Below the pieces are notes generated by a model. The model saw only the letters and a list, made by a program, of their open reading frames with translations, was not told where the DNA came from and did no database searches. Positions 16,788 to 26,312 of a stretch of DNA of 64,000 nt are shown piece after piece. How positions within the stretch are numbered: position 1 is the stretch's first letter; every line of letters starts with the position of its first letter. This stretch comes from an uncultured Rhodospirillaceae bacterium (GTDB lineage Bacteria > Pseudomonadota > Alphaproteobacteria > MPNO01 > UBA2964), in the NCBI GenBank assembly GCA_964499275.1, contig CAZCKO010000002.1:27543-91542 (forward strand), read 5' to 3'. Made by a program: the position numbers and the translations under genes.

Positions 16788-17948
16788 ATGCTCCTTCAGC
16801 AGGCGATGTCTACGATGAGTGGTTTGACCATCCCGGTTCTGGCTCCGTCTATCGCGCTAGAAACAGGCCTTAGTCCCAGCTTAATTGGGATATATACGGC
16901 TTTCTTGTATGGGGGGTCGATGATTGCGGCTTTGGTGGGTAGTAACTTCCTTCTTCGTTTTGGTGCGCTGCGCGTAAGTCAGGTATGCCTTTTAGTTGTT
17001 GCAGTGGGTTTGCTGATTAATATACCGGGCTCTTTGTTCCTGTTTGTTCTTGGTGCCCTGGTCACCGGGCTTGGCGGTGGTCCCTCTACCCCAGCAAGCT
17101 CTCAGATTCTTGCTCGTTACTCTGGGCCTAAACAGGCCCCACTTATTTTTTCAATAAAGCAAACAGGCGTGCCGGTTGGCGGAGTGATTGCCGGTATGTT
17201 GCTCCCAATTTTTGTTGCAGCTTTTGGCTGGAGAGGTGCTTTGGTTTGCGCATCGTTGATGGCTTTAGGGTTGGCCGCAGCTTTACAGCCATTGCGGAGA
17301 GAGTTTGATGAAGATCGTCAGCCGGATCGCAAGGTTAGGGTTGTGGATCTACGCGCTCCATTAACCACCGTTCTGCGCGATAAAAATATCAGGCTGTTAG
17401 CATTTGGATTATTTGCGTTTACAGGCCTACAGCTGGCCTTTGCATCTTTTTTTATTTCATTTTTGTCTCTCGGCCTAAAGTGGACGCTTACCGAGGCAGG
17501 GCTTGCATATTCTATTTCAATGATTGCAGGAATATTTGGTCGGTTATTCTGGGGTTGGGTGGGCACACATTATATTCGCCCAATCCTTTTGTTGGCTCTT
17601 CTCGGGATCGCTATGGGCATCGCCTGTATGGCATTAGGGTTGATAACGGAAGACTGGCAGAAGTCTGCAGTTTTTTTGGTTGCTTTTATTTATGGTTTGA
17701 CAGGTATTGGCTATCAAGGTGTTTTATTGGCAGAAATTGCCCGTGTTTCACCTTCTGGAATGGCGGGGGTTATTACTGGTGGCGCAGTATGTTTTGCCTA
17801 TGCTGGAATGATTTTGATGCCCGCGGCATTCGGGTTGATATTAGAAGTATTTAATTCATATCGTCTCGGCTTTGTAATTCTTGGAGCGATGCCAATTGTC
17901 GTGGGGGCTTTCTTTTTTCGATCTGTGAGCCCGCTTAAAAAGGGTTAA
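16788..17948 (+). CDS. MFS transporter (apparently lacking TM1)
   Basis: 386 aa with 11 hydrophobic segments by eye. The motif-A-like LLRFGALRV follows the first segment, and the N-terminus starts in what is normally the TM1-TM2 loop (VLAPSIALETGLSPS). An in-frame stop lies at 16770..16772. Confidence 0.7.
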   Translation: MLLQQAMSTMSGLTIPVLAPSIALETGLSPSLIGIYTAFLYGGSMIAALVGSNFLLRFGALRVSQVCLLVVAVGLLINIPGSLFLFVLGALVTGLGGGPSTPASSQILARYSGPKQAPLIFSIKQTGVPVGGVIAGMLLPIFVAAFGWRGALVCASLMALGLAAALQPLRREFDEDRQPDRKVRVVDLRAPLTTVLRDKNIRLLAFGLFAFTGLQLAFASFFISFLSLGLKWTLTEAGLAYSISMIAGIFGRLFWGWVGTHYIRPILLLALLGIAMGIACMALGLITEDWQKSAVFLVAFIYGLTGIGYQGVLLAEIARVSPSGMAGVITGGAVCFAYAGMILMPAAFGLILEVFNSYRLGFVILGAMPIVVGAFFFRSVSPLKKG

Positions 17949-17996
17949 GATATTTTAATAATTAATTACTGAAAAGTGATCAGACTGTAAAATTAA

Positions 17997-18194
17997 TCAT
18001 TCAGGTCCGGCAAGTTTTTCTATGCCAGTGTCATGCCGCGTAACAAGTGCCATGTGATTGTTACTCATGGTTTGGCCAACATAGGTCCAAGTGTCGCCCC
18101 GGGCACGAGCTACGTTGGTGGATACATGGTTACCAGATACAAACTCTACGGTTCCTTTGGGAACCAACTCGTGAGCGTCCTCCCTACTGATCAC
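17997..18194 (-). CDS. Hypothetical small protein (doubtful)
   Basis: 65-aa ORF in a 540-nt gap. No recognisable motif. A 60-aa ORF overlaps it on the opposite strand. Confidence 0.2.
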   Translation of the reverse strand: MISREDAHELVPKGTVEFVSGNHVSTNVARARGDTWTYVGQTMSNNHMALVTRHDTGIEKLAGPE

Positions 18195-18487
18195 CCTTTC
18201 ACAATCAACGTCTAAGTCCTGGCGTTCTCAGGCCCCGCATTCTTTAATGACGTGCATTAAGACTAGGTGGCTGTGGGCTCGGTAGAGGAAACTGATTTCA
18301 TCCAAAAAACTTCCTCCTTACTTTGCGTGTTCTATGGTATTGGCTTAAAAGGCTAATTAAAATACCATTATTTTAATTAGGGATAATTATCTAAGCCAAA
18401 CACATATCAATGTATTTAATATGGACGAATACCGTTATATGATTTGGTAGAAATGAATAACAGATTGGATAGCTGGGAGACAAAGAC

Positions 18488-20221
18488 ATGATCAAGACGA
18501 AAGGATTAAATGGGGCCCAGGCTTTTTTAAAGGTGTTGGGTGCTATGGGCGTCGAGAGAATTTTTGCTTCGCCAGGCTCGGAATGGGCACCAGTTTGGGA
18601 AGCCCTGGCAGAACCAAACGCTAATAATATTCCCCTCTATATGAGTACTCGCCATGAGGAAACCGCTATTGGTATGGCGAGTGGCTATGCCAAAGCTACC
18701 GGTAAGCTCCCAGCGGTAATGATTCACACGACAGTTGGAGCACTGCACGGCGCCATGGCTATGCGGGGTGCGTTACACGAGGAGGTGCCTATGGTCATCT
18801 TCGCTGGAGAATCCATCGGTTTTGGGGAGGATGAAGGCCCTGATCCCGGTGGGCAGTGGGGTGCTCACCTTGCCGATATGGGTGGCCCAGCCCGAATGGT
18901 AGAAAAGAATGTTAAATGGAGTTTTGGCGTTAACACGAAATCGATATTGCCAACAACGGTACAGAGAGCCTGTAGTCTGGCTATGGCAGGACCACAAGGC
19001 CCAACATTTGTTTCCCTGCCTATGGAGCATTTGTTCGAGGAAATGACGCAGGATGTTGCTTCAGGGCTCTCTAATGCACCGTTGTCAACTGCCGATCCAA
19101 GTGGGGTCGCAGAGCTTGCTGACTTGCTGACAAATGCTAAAAGACCAGTGATTGTAGCCGAGGATGTGGGGCGAAGCGTTAAAGCATCTGAGTATCTCAC
19201 AGCCATAGCCGAGCTTTTAGGCTGTCCGGTGTCGGAGTCTCGAGCGACTGGCAGTATAAATATATCTAGAACACATCCTTTGCATGCTGGCTTCAACCCG
19301 GCCAGTGCAGTTAAAGATGCTGATGTAATATTCTTGGCATCATCTATTACGCCCTGGCATCCGCAAACTATCACACCTTCTGTCGATGCGACCGTTGCTG
19401 TGCTAGATGACAATCCACATAAGGTAATATTACCGTTTCTTGGTGTTCAGGCGGACTTAATATTAACCGGTAACGTTGAAACCTCCCTTCTGGCTTTGCT
19501 TAACGAGATTAAACAACGTGTAGATGATGATAAGTCGCGAGCGGCAAAGATAACGGAAATAAAAAATATCAATGATAAGAGACGACAAAACTGGAAAGAG
19601 GAGGCTGAGGCGCTCTCAGCCAATAAACCCATGGATACTAAATGGGTGGCTTATCAACTGGGTCAGGTGATGCCGGATGATACGATGATCGTCGAAGAAC
19701 TGATCACTCATCGTCTTGCAGCACATCAATATCTGGATAAGTTGAAAGCTGGATCCTGGTTTAGTGGTGCACAAGGTGGGCTTGGCACCGGCCTCTCTAC
19801 CGCGCTTGGCGTTAAAACAGCAAACCCGGATCGGCCAGTTATTTGTTTAATTGGTGATGGCTCGTTTAACTATGACCCGGTCCCAGCTGTTTATGGGGCG
19901 GTGCAAGAGCATAATTTGCCATTTCTTACAATTATTTTAAACAATCACGGCTATCTATCTCAGAAGACAGGAGTGCCAAAATATTTTCCTAATGGCGATG
20001 CCGTCCAAACAAACAATTTTTCGGGTTTGCATATAGGACCCGCGCCCGATTACTGGAAGATTGTCGAAGCGTTCGGGGGATATGGGGAAAAAGTTGAGGA
20101 CCCTGGCGATGTTGGTGCGGCCATCAAGCGGGGCCTAGATGTTGTAAATAAAGGCCAAGCTGCGATATTAGATGTGCGCCTCAAACCTGTGGCTGATACA
20201 CTTGATCGTTCCGACAAGTAA
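18488..20221 (+). CDS. Thiamine pyrophosphate-dependent enzyme (acetolactate synthase/benzoylformate decarboxylase superfamily)
   Basis: 577 aa. N-terminal GAQAFLKVLGAMGVERIFASPGS and HEETAIGMASGYAKATG. C-terminal TPP motif IGDGSFNY...NNHGY. Confidence 0.85.
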   Translation: MIKTKGLNGAQAFLKVLGAMGVERIFASPGSEWAPVWEALAEPNANNIPLYMSTRHEETAIGMASGYAKATGKLPAVMIHTTVGALHGAMAMRGALHEEVPMVIFAGESIGFGEDEGPDPGGQWGAHLADMGGPARMVEKNVKWSFGVNTKSILPTTVQRACSLAMAGPQGPTFVSLPMEHLFEEMTQDVASGLSNAPLSTADPSGVAELADLLTNAKRPVIVAEDVGRSVKASEYLTAIAELLGCPVSESRATGSINISRTHPLHAGFNPASAVKDADVIFLASSITPWHPQTITPSVDATVAVLDDNPHKVILPFLGVQADLILTGNVETSLLALLNEIKQRVDDDKSRAAKITEIKNINDKRRQNWKEEAEALSANKPMDTKWVAYQLGQVMPDDTMIVEELITHRLAAHQYLDKLKAGSWFSGAQGGLGTGLSTALGVKTANPDRPVICLIGDGSFNYDPVPAVYGAVQEHNLPFLTIILNNHGYLSQKTGVPKYFPNGDAVQTNNFSGLHIGPAPDYWKIVEAFGGYGEKVEDPGDVGAAIKRGLDVVNKGQAAILDVRLKPVADTLDRSDK

Positions 20222-20247
20222 CAAGTTGTCGGAAGCGCTTTCGATTT

Positions 20248-21381
20248 TTAAATATCGTTACCCCAAATTTCGTTTGCCAGTTCAACTATCAATCCAAGTT
20301 TATCGAACTGTTCCTGCTCTGAAATAATGTTGCCTATTGCATTAGACGAAAATCCGCATTGTGGGGATAAACAAAGTTGTCGTAAGTCCACGAAGTGGGA
20401 AGCTTCTTCAATTCTTCTTTTAATTAAATCTCGATTTTCTATTTCCCCACGTTTCGTTGTAACTAATCCTAAAACAATTCTTTTATCCCCCTTTGGAACA
20501 AAGCGTAACGGTTCAAAGCCACCCGAACGATCATCATCGTATTCTAAAAAGAATCCGTCTACGTCGGTCAGGTTAAACAAGTGGTCTGCGATTGGCTCAT
20601 AGTCCCCTTCCGCAAACCATAAGCTTCGTGCATTGCCGCGGCAAAGATGAATGCAGGCTGTCATGTCGTGAGGACGTTTACTAATACAATCATTGATTAA
20701 TGCGGCGTAGGTGCGAGGTAATTCGTTGGGGTCTTCACCTCTGTCGCGTGCATCTTGACGCATTTTAGTATCACAAAGGTACGCAAGATTGGTATCATCA
20801 AACTGAATGTATTTGCATCCCGCGTCACCAAGTAACTTTATTTCTCGGCGATAAAGACGCGATAAATCGGAAAAAAAATTATCTAAAGTCGGGTACGCCT
20901 TCCTGCTGATAGCATCACGTCCACCACGGAAGTGCGTCATGGTGGGCGATGGCATAGTGACCTTTGGAGTCGATCCTTTAACAGTGGCGGAGGCGAGATA
21001 TTTAAAATTTTCTATACCAATACCGTTGTCCGGTAACGTCATTTTGTCTGTAACTTTTATAGTAAGCGGCACGGCCTTTTCCCCGCCTGCCTTGGTTCTT
21101 TCCCCTTGTGCAAAAGCACCTTTTAACGAAAAGTTTGTTTCGACGCCGCCAATTTGATTTATGAAATCAAAATGGAAGCTTTCGCGCCGAAATTCGCCGT
21201 CAGTTACAGATTCAATTCCTGCGTTTTCTTCTTTTTTTACAACCTGAGTGATGCATTCATTTTCAAAATTTCTTAATTCTGAATCGCTAATTTTGTCGGC
21301 TTTCCAATCATCGCGCTTATGCAGCAATGATTCTGGTCGTAACAGACTGCCGACATGATCTGCTCGGAATGGTCCTTTCAT
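20248..21381 (-). CDS. Single-domain MetE-like (cobalamin-independent methionine synthase catalytic-domain family) zinc methyltransferase
   Basis: ORF 20248..21441. ATG at 21381 preferred (MKGPFRADHVGSLLRP is the typical family start, with GGAG upstream). Zn ligand motifs IHLCRGN and LSPQCGFSS. Confidence 0.75.
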   Translation of the reverse strand: MKGPFRADHVGSLLRPESLLHKRDDWKADKISDSELRNFENECITQVVKKEENAGIESVTDGEFRRESFHFDFINQIGGVETNFSLKGAFAQGERTKAGGEKAVPLTIKVTDKMTLPDNGIGIENFKYLASATVKGSTPKVTMPSPTMTHFRGGRDAISRKAYPTLDNFFSDLSRLYRREIKLLGDAGCKYIQFDDTNLAYLCDTKMRQDARDRGEDPNELPRTYAALINDCISKRPHDMTACIHLCRGNARSLWFAEGDYEPIADHLFNLTDVDGFFLEYDDDRSGGFEPLRFVPKGDKRIVLGLVTTKRGEIENRDLIKRRIEEASHFVDLRQLCLSPQCGFSSNAIGNIISEQEQFDKLGLIVELANEIWGNDI

Positions 21382-21560
21382 CCTGAGGCTCCCTGGCGAA
21401 TTGTCGAATCTACAGAGTATCAGGCCAGGTAAAAAATTCAACTAACTCATGATATGATTAGATTTCTTTCAATTTTTCGACCTGAATTTCCAACGTTTAC
21501 TTTCCAAATTTAGATATAACCAATAGGTTTGCGCGGGTATTTTGGTAAGTGAGAAATTTT

Positions 21561-23210
21561 ATGACTGTTGTTAGTGGTTTTGATTACATAATTATAGGAG
21601 CAGGCTCAGCCGGGTGTACTTTAGCTGGCCGATTGACAGAAGATCCTCGAGTAAAAGTTTTATTACTGGAAGCTGGAGGATGGGATAGGGATCCGTGGAT
21701 ACACATACCACTCGGCTGGGGTCGCATTCTTCAACGCCGTGACCATGACTGGATGTATTTTTCTCAACCTTCTGAGAATATGGGTGGTCGTTCCATTGAA
21801 TGCGCCCGAGGCAAGGTTATTGGCGGTTCATCATCGATCAATGCAATGGCTTATTATCATGGGCACCCGTCCGATTATGATCGCTGGGCGTCCAACGGTC
21901 TCCCTGGTTGGTCCTACTCTGAGGTATTACCTTATTTTCGCCGCGCGGAAGATTGGGAAGGTGGTGAAGATACCTACCGTGGGGCAGGGGGTCCCCTGAG
22001 TTCTTGTTTTACAACCTTTGAAGACCCCCTCTGTGAAGCATTTCTGGAGGCCGGCCGCTCCGCTGGATTCGGTTATACAGAAGATTACAATGGTGCTGAC
22101 CCTGATGGCTTTGCCCGAATACAAATGACCCTCAAAAACGGGCGCCGCTGGAGTGCGGCATCGGCCTACCTGCACCCCGCTACGGTTAGGAAAAATTTGC
22201 GGGTGGAAACTGGTGCTATGGTCGAAAAGATAAATCTTGATGGACAATGCGCGACAGGTGTTACTTTCAGAAAGGGTAACAAGGTAATAACCGCTACTGC
22301 CAATTCAGAGGTTTTAATTTCGGGCGGATCAATCAACTCACCTCAGATTTTGATGGTGTCTGGTATCGGGGATCCATCACATTTAATGGAAAAGGGTATA
22401 GAGGTTCGAGTACCCCTGAAAGGCGTAGGCCAAAACCTTTGCGACCACACTTCATCGGCATTTGTTTATCGTCGAAAGTCAGGTGGCCCATTTCAGAAAA
22501 ATATGCGACTTGATCGTGTTGGCCTGTCCCTTCTTCGAGCCTACTTTGGATTGGGCGGATTTGCTGCAGACCTACCATTCGGAATTACGGCCTTTGTTAA
22601 ATCGCGGGAGCAGGAACCATTCCCCGATTTACAATTGTTATTCTGGATGGGAGCAACAACAACTGCGGCACCTTGGCTACCGCCATTCAAAAAGGCTTTT
22701 TCGGACTCTTTTTCTGTCCGGGTCATGCCCATGCGCCCCGAAAGTCGCGGACATGTTAAATTGGCCTCTTCTGATCCTCGCGAAGCACCGGAAATTCATC
22801 AGGCCTTTCTTGAGACAGAGGAAGAGTGGCGCGTTATGCGCGCGGGTCTACGCCTCGTGCGTGAACTTGTTGGCCAAGAACCATTAACTCCATTTGCTGG
22901 GCAAGAACTTATTCCAGGAGTTGAACATTCGTCTGACGAAGCAATCGATGACCATGTGCGCAAAACAATGATCACAGTCCATCATCCCGTCGGGACATGT
23001 AAGATGGGTCCGGATACCGACCCTGATGCAGTCGTTGATGCGGAGATGCGAGTTCGCGGCGTTGACAGATTACGTGTTATCGACACATCGGTAATGCCCG
23101 ATTTAATCGGTGGAGCAACAAATGCGCCGGTCATTATGATGGCAGAAAAAGCATCAGATATGATAAGTAGCAAACCACCATTGTCGCCGGCGGTTATATC
23201 CAAGGATTGA
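21561..23210 (+). CDS. GMC-family FAD oxidoreductase (choline/alcohol dehydrogenase-like), copy 1
   Basis: DYIIIGAGSAGCTLAGRLTEDPRVKVLLLEAGG and C-terminal HPVGTCKMG. ATG at 21561 preferred over GTG at 21549. Confidence 0.9.
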   Translation: MTVVSGFDYIIIGAGSAGCTLAGRLTEDPRVKVLLLEAGGWDRDPWIHIPLGWGRILQRRDHDWMYFSQPSENMGGRSIECARGKVIGGSSSINAMAYYHGHPSDYDRWASNGLPGWSYSEVLPYFRRAEDWEGGEDTYRGAGGPLSSCFTTFEDPLCEAFLEAGRSAGFGYTEDYNGADPDGFARIQMTLKNGRRWSAASAYLHPATVRKNLRVETGAMVEKINLDGQCATGVTFRKGNKVITATANSEVLISGGSINSPQILMVSGIGDPSHLMEKGIEVRVPLKGVGQNLCDHTSSAFVYRRKSGGPFQKNMRLDRVGLSLLRAYFGLGGFAADLPFGITAFVKSREQEPFPDLQLLFWMGATTTAAPWLPPFKKAFSDSFSVRVMPMRPESRGHVKLASSDPREAPEIHQAFLETEEEWRVMRAGLRLVRELVGQEPLTPFAGQELIPGVEHSSDEAIDDHVRKTMITVHHPVGTCKMGPDTDPDAVVDAEMRVRGVDRLRVIDTSVMPDLIGGATNAPVIMMAEKASDMISSKPPLSPAVISKD

Positions 23211-23214
23211 TTTT

Positions 23215-24087
23215 TTAATTTTTAAATTCTGCCTTACTTTCGGACCTAACCATGAAGAGCCCTGATATGAAGATAATGATACCTCCTGCCCAGGTTAGAA
23301 GACCAAGTCCTTCAGCAAAGAACAGGTATCCTGAAAGGGAGGCAAATATAAGTCGAGTAAATTCGAATGGCATTAAAGCTGTCGCATCTGCATATGCATA
23401 GCCTCTCGCCATTGTTTGTTGAAACCCATTTGCAACTAAACCCGCAAATGCTAGCCAACCGAGTTGTTCCAAATTAGGCCATTCCCAAACTAGGAAAGCT
23501 GGGATGGCGGATGAAATCGTCATACCCAATACCATCCAGGCCGTTATTTTATCTGGCCCCTCTGTGCGCGTTAAAAACTTTACAGAAATCGTTGTATAAG
23601 CACCGGAAATCATTGCACCAATTGCCCAAAAGACACCTAAATTGATCTCTTCAAACCCTGGGCGGACGATTAGGAGCATTCCGCTTAGGGCTATAAGCAC
23701 GCCAACCCACCGCGACTTTGTCATGACTTCATGCAGAACCAGCACCGCGGCAAAGGTTGCAAAGATTGGCTTGGTGTATTGGATTACTATGACGTCTGCG
23801 ATTGGCATCAGGGAGAGTGCGGTGAAAAGGCAATAGAGCCCAATCATCGTAAAAAAACCACGGGAGGCCATTAGAAATGGCTTCTTTGTAGCTAGTCCAG
23901 CTAAACCGTGGTTGAGCAGCCATGGTACTAAAAAAATTACCCCGAACAGACAACGAAAAAATACGATCACCGCGACCGGAAGGCCGTCCAAGGCGAGATG
24001 TTTCGCTGTTGATGTGTAGGAGATCACAAGGATTGAGGACACGATTGTCCAAAATACGGCGTGGGACATAGATTGAGCCATGGGCAT
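23215..24087 (-). CDS. DMT-superfamily (EamA-like) transporter
   Basis: 290 aa with about 10 hydrophobic segments in two EamA-like halves. Confidence 0.75.
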   Translation of the reverse strand: MPMAQSMSHAVFWTIVSSILVISYTSTAKHLALDGLPVAVIVFFRCLFGVIFLVPWLLNHGLAGLATKKPFLMASRGFFTMIGLYCLFTALSLMPIADVIVIQYTKPIFATFAAVLVLHEVMTKSRWVGVLIALSGMLLIVRPGFEEINLGVFWAIGAMISGAYTTISVKFLTRTEGPDKITAWMVLGMTISSAIPAFLVWEWPNLEQLGWLAFAGLVANGFQQTMARGYAYADATALMPFEFTRLIFASLSGYLFFAEGLGLLTWAGGIIIFISGLFMVRSESKAEFKN

Positions 24088-24238
24088 TGATAGTTGAGCC
24101 CTAGTTAAATTTTATAAAAGTATTGATAGTTTATCGGTTAAATGATTTTCAGACATCCCTTAGCTCCTTTTTGTATTTTCAATTCATTGTGTGAGGTTTA
24201 AGGGAAGAAAATTATATGTGTAACTCGTATTAATCAGA

Positions 24239-24550
24239 CTAATCAGTTTCGAATACCAAGTCTTTTACGATGGTTCTATTGGGAGGGGGTTCAACTGTCA
24301 TTCCATCTTTCGCGAGACACATACAGGTAAGTTGTCGTCGCCCGTTGATCATCATTGAACAAATTCCGCAGACACCTCGTCTGCAATCGGAATTTCTAAA
24401 AGATAATGTGCCGTCAACATTATGGTATACGTGTCGAATAGCTTGAAGTACCGACACTGGTCCATCTGTTTTGATCGTGTAGCTTTGAAGCTTAGAACTT
24501 TCATCGATTTTAGGATCAAATCGATAGAGTGTTATATTCAACTTTTCCAA
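24239..24550 (-). CDS. 2Fe-2S ferredoxin-like protein equivalent to only the N-terminal domain of SdhB/FrdB
   Basis: 103 aa. DCRRGVCGICSMMINGRRQLTC matches the SdhB 2Fe-2S motif. No CxxCxxCxxxCP cluster motifs. Directly abuts the flavoprotein gene. Confidence 0.75.
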   Translation of the reverse strand: MEKLNITLYRFDPKIDESSKLQSYTIKTDGPVSVLQAIRHVYHNVDGTLSFRNSDCRRGVCGICSMMINGRRQLTCMCLAKDGMTVEPPPNRTIVKDLVFETD

Positions 24551-26290
24551 TTAGCTGCCCCCCCTCTGGGCTATTTCATACTCGGGGGTTGTTTTTCGAA
24601 TTCTTGCGTCGAATGTCAGCGAAGGGTCGTTTCTTTTTTGATATATATGTATGTTTCTTAGCCAGTTTTTATCATCGAGCGCGGGATAGTCTTCGCGAAA
24701 ATGCGCGCCTCTGCTTTCTGTGCGCATTAAGGCTGCTCCTGCCATAGCCTTCGCTAATTGAACCATTGAGGTGACTTCCAGGGCTTCTACCCAATCATAA
24801 TTTCCAATGGGGTTGTCTTCTGCTATTGCCATATTTGGAAGGTCTTCATTTTCCATACGTTCAAACTCTACGATGGTATCCCGCAACCCCTCCTCATTCC
24901 GGACAACACCGACATAATCGTTCATGAGTTTCTGCAAACGTGCTTTGATAATATTAGGACGGGTACCTGTGTGCCGACGATTAAGAAGAGATTTTACTGT
25001 GTTAACTTCCAAGGATACCTTTTCAGAGTTAGAGATCGCCAAGTTTTGTCTATTTGCAAAGTTCGCAGCTTCTGTTCCTGCTCGTTTGCCAAACACCAGT
25101 ATCTCCGTCAGTGAATTTCCTCCAATACGACCTGCGCCGTGTGGACCACCTGAGCACTCCCCGACAGCATAAAGACCGGGAATAGTTGATTGTGATTGTT
25201 GGTTAATTTTTATGCCTCCGCATACATAGTGAGCGGCCGCACCTACTTCGATGGGTTTAGTTATGTCTACACCAAACGATTCTAGATATTTAGTTTGTGA
25301 TGGAAGGGCTTCCATCAATGTTTCTCTTGATACTGAACCAGGGTCAAAAAAAGCGCCACCGTGGGGGCTGCCACGCCCGGCACGGACTTCACCATATATG
25401 GCACGGGCATATATATGCCGGGCCGGGTTGTCGCTGCCCTCTGGGTCGTATTTGGATAGAAATGCTTCACCTTCAGAATTGAAAAGTGGTTTAGCACCCT
25501 TTGTTAGTAAGTATTGAAAAGTAAATAATACACCGCGGACCGTAGCGGGATGTAAAACTGCGTGACCCAACATTAATAAAAATTCAATATCAACCAATTT
25601 CGCTCCGGCGTTTAGAGCCAAAGAGAACCCATCCCCGGTTGAATCGGGTGTATTACTGTGCACGGGAAATAATTCTCCTGCGCCTCCGGTTGCCATCACG
25701 ATAGCTCCCGCACGAATCTCAATCATTTCGCCCTTTTGAAAATCGAGGGCGATGGCTCCAGTTACACGCTCGCCGTCTTTGAGTAGTTTAGTTACCAATA
25801 TTTCGTGCATTCGGGGTATCTCGCGCCTATTCATCTCCCGGCGTAGAGCCTGCATAATCGGCGTACCAAGAGAGTCTCCCTTTTTTATTGAGCGTGGATA
25901 GGTCTGAGAGGAATCGAGTTTCCGCTGAATGAAATGACCATTAGCATCACGGTCAAACCGGGCACCGAAGGCTTCTATGTCTTCCACCGCTTCGATAGCT
26001 TCGTCGCAAAAAATTCGAGCCAGTTCGGGGTCAGCGAGGCCGTAGCCTCCCCTAATACTATCTCCATAATGAATTTCAGGGTTATCGCGCGAATCCGCAT
26101 AGCCGAATGCAACCTGAAAGCCAGTAACGGCAGTTTGGGTGAGCCCACTTTTACCCACAATGCCTTTCGAAAGGACTAAGACACGTGCCCCTGCTTTATG
26201 GGCTCCTATGGCAGCGCGCAAACCACCACCACCCCCTCCGATTACGAGGACATCAGTTTCAAATATTCTATCGGCGGAACCAGTGGGCAT
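24551..26290 (-). CDS. SdhA/FrdA/L-aspartate-oxidase-superfamily FAD flavoprotein (soluble type)
   Basis: 579 aa. DVLVIGGGGGGLRAA dinucleotide fold, plus HPAT, GLYAVGECSGGPHGAGRIGGNSL and ESRGAHFREDYP blocks. Confidence 0.8.
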   Translation of the reverse strand: MPTGSADRIFETDVLVIGGGGGGLRAAIGAHKAGARVLVLSKGIVGKSGLTQTAVTGFQVAFGYADSRDNPEIHYGDSIRGGYGLADPELARIFCDEAIEAVEDIEAFGARFDRDANGHFIQRKLDSSQTYPRSIKKGDSLGTPIMQALRREMNRREIPRMHEILVTKLLKDGERVTGAIALDFQKGEMIEIRAGAIVMATGGAGELFPVHSNTPDSTGDGFSLALNAGAKLVDIEFLLMLGHAVLHPATVRGVLFTFQYLLTKGAKPLFNSEGEAFLSKYDPEGSDNPARHIYARAIYGEVRAGRGSPHGGAFFDPGSVSRETLMEALPSQTKYLESFGVDITKPIEVGAAAHYVCGGIKINQQSQSTIPGLYAVGECSGGPHGAGRIGGNSLTEILVFGKRAGTEAANFANRQNLAISNSEKVSLEVNTVKSLLNRRHTGTRPNIIKARLQKLMNDYVGVVRNEEGLRDTIVEFERMENEDLPNMAIAEDNPIGNYDWVEALEVTSMVQLAKAMAGAALMRTESRGAHFREDYPALDDKNWLRNIHIYQKRNDPSLTFDARIRKTTPEYEIAQRGGS

Positions 26291-26312
26291 TCGTTAGGAA
26301 TTCCTGATCATT

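Noticed and set aside
18033-18215. 60-aa plus-strand ORF overlapping the 65-aa minus-strand ORF at 17997..18194
   Set aside because: Neither ORF has recognisable features and they are mutually exclusive. I kept only the minus-strand one as a very low-confidence feature.
18488-20221. Calling the TPP enzyme sulfoacetaldehyde acetyltransferase (Xsc) to fit an organosulfonate theme
   Set aside because: Only generic TPP-enzyme motifs are recognisable by eye. The N-terminus does not match what I recall of Xsc well enough, so the specific call would be wishful.
24086-24131. 10-nt direct repeat ATTGATAGTT at 24086..24095 and 24122..24131, at or upstream of the DMT transporter start
   Set aside because: It is short and AT-rich, with only two copies, one overlapping the start codon. 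It cannot be distinguished from chance without comparative data.
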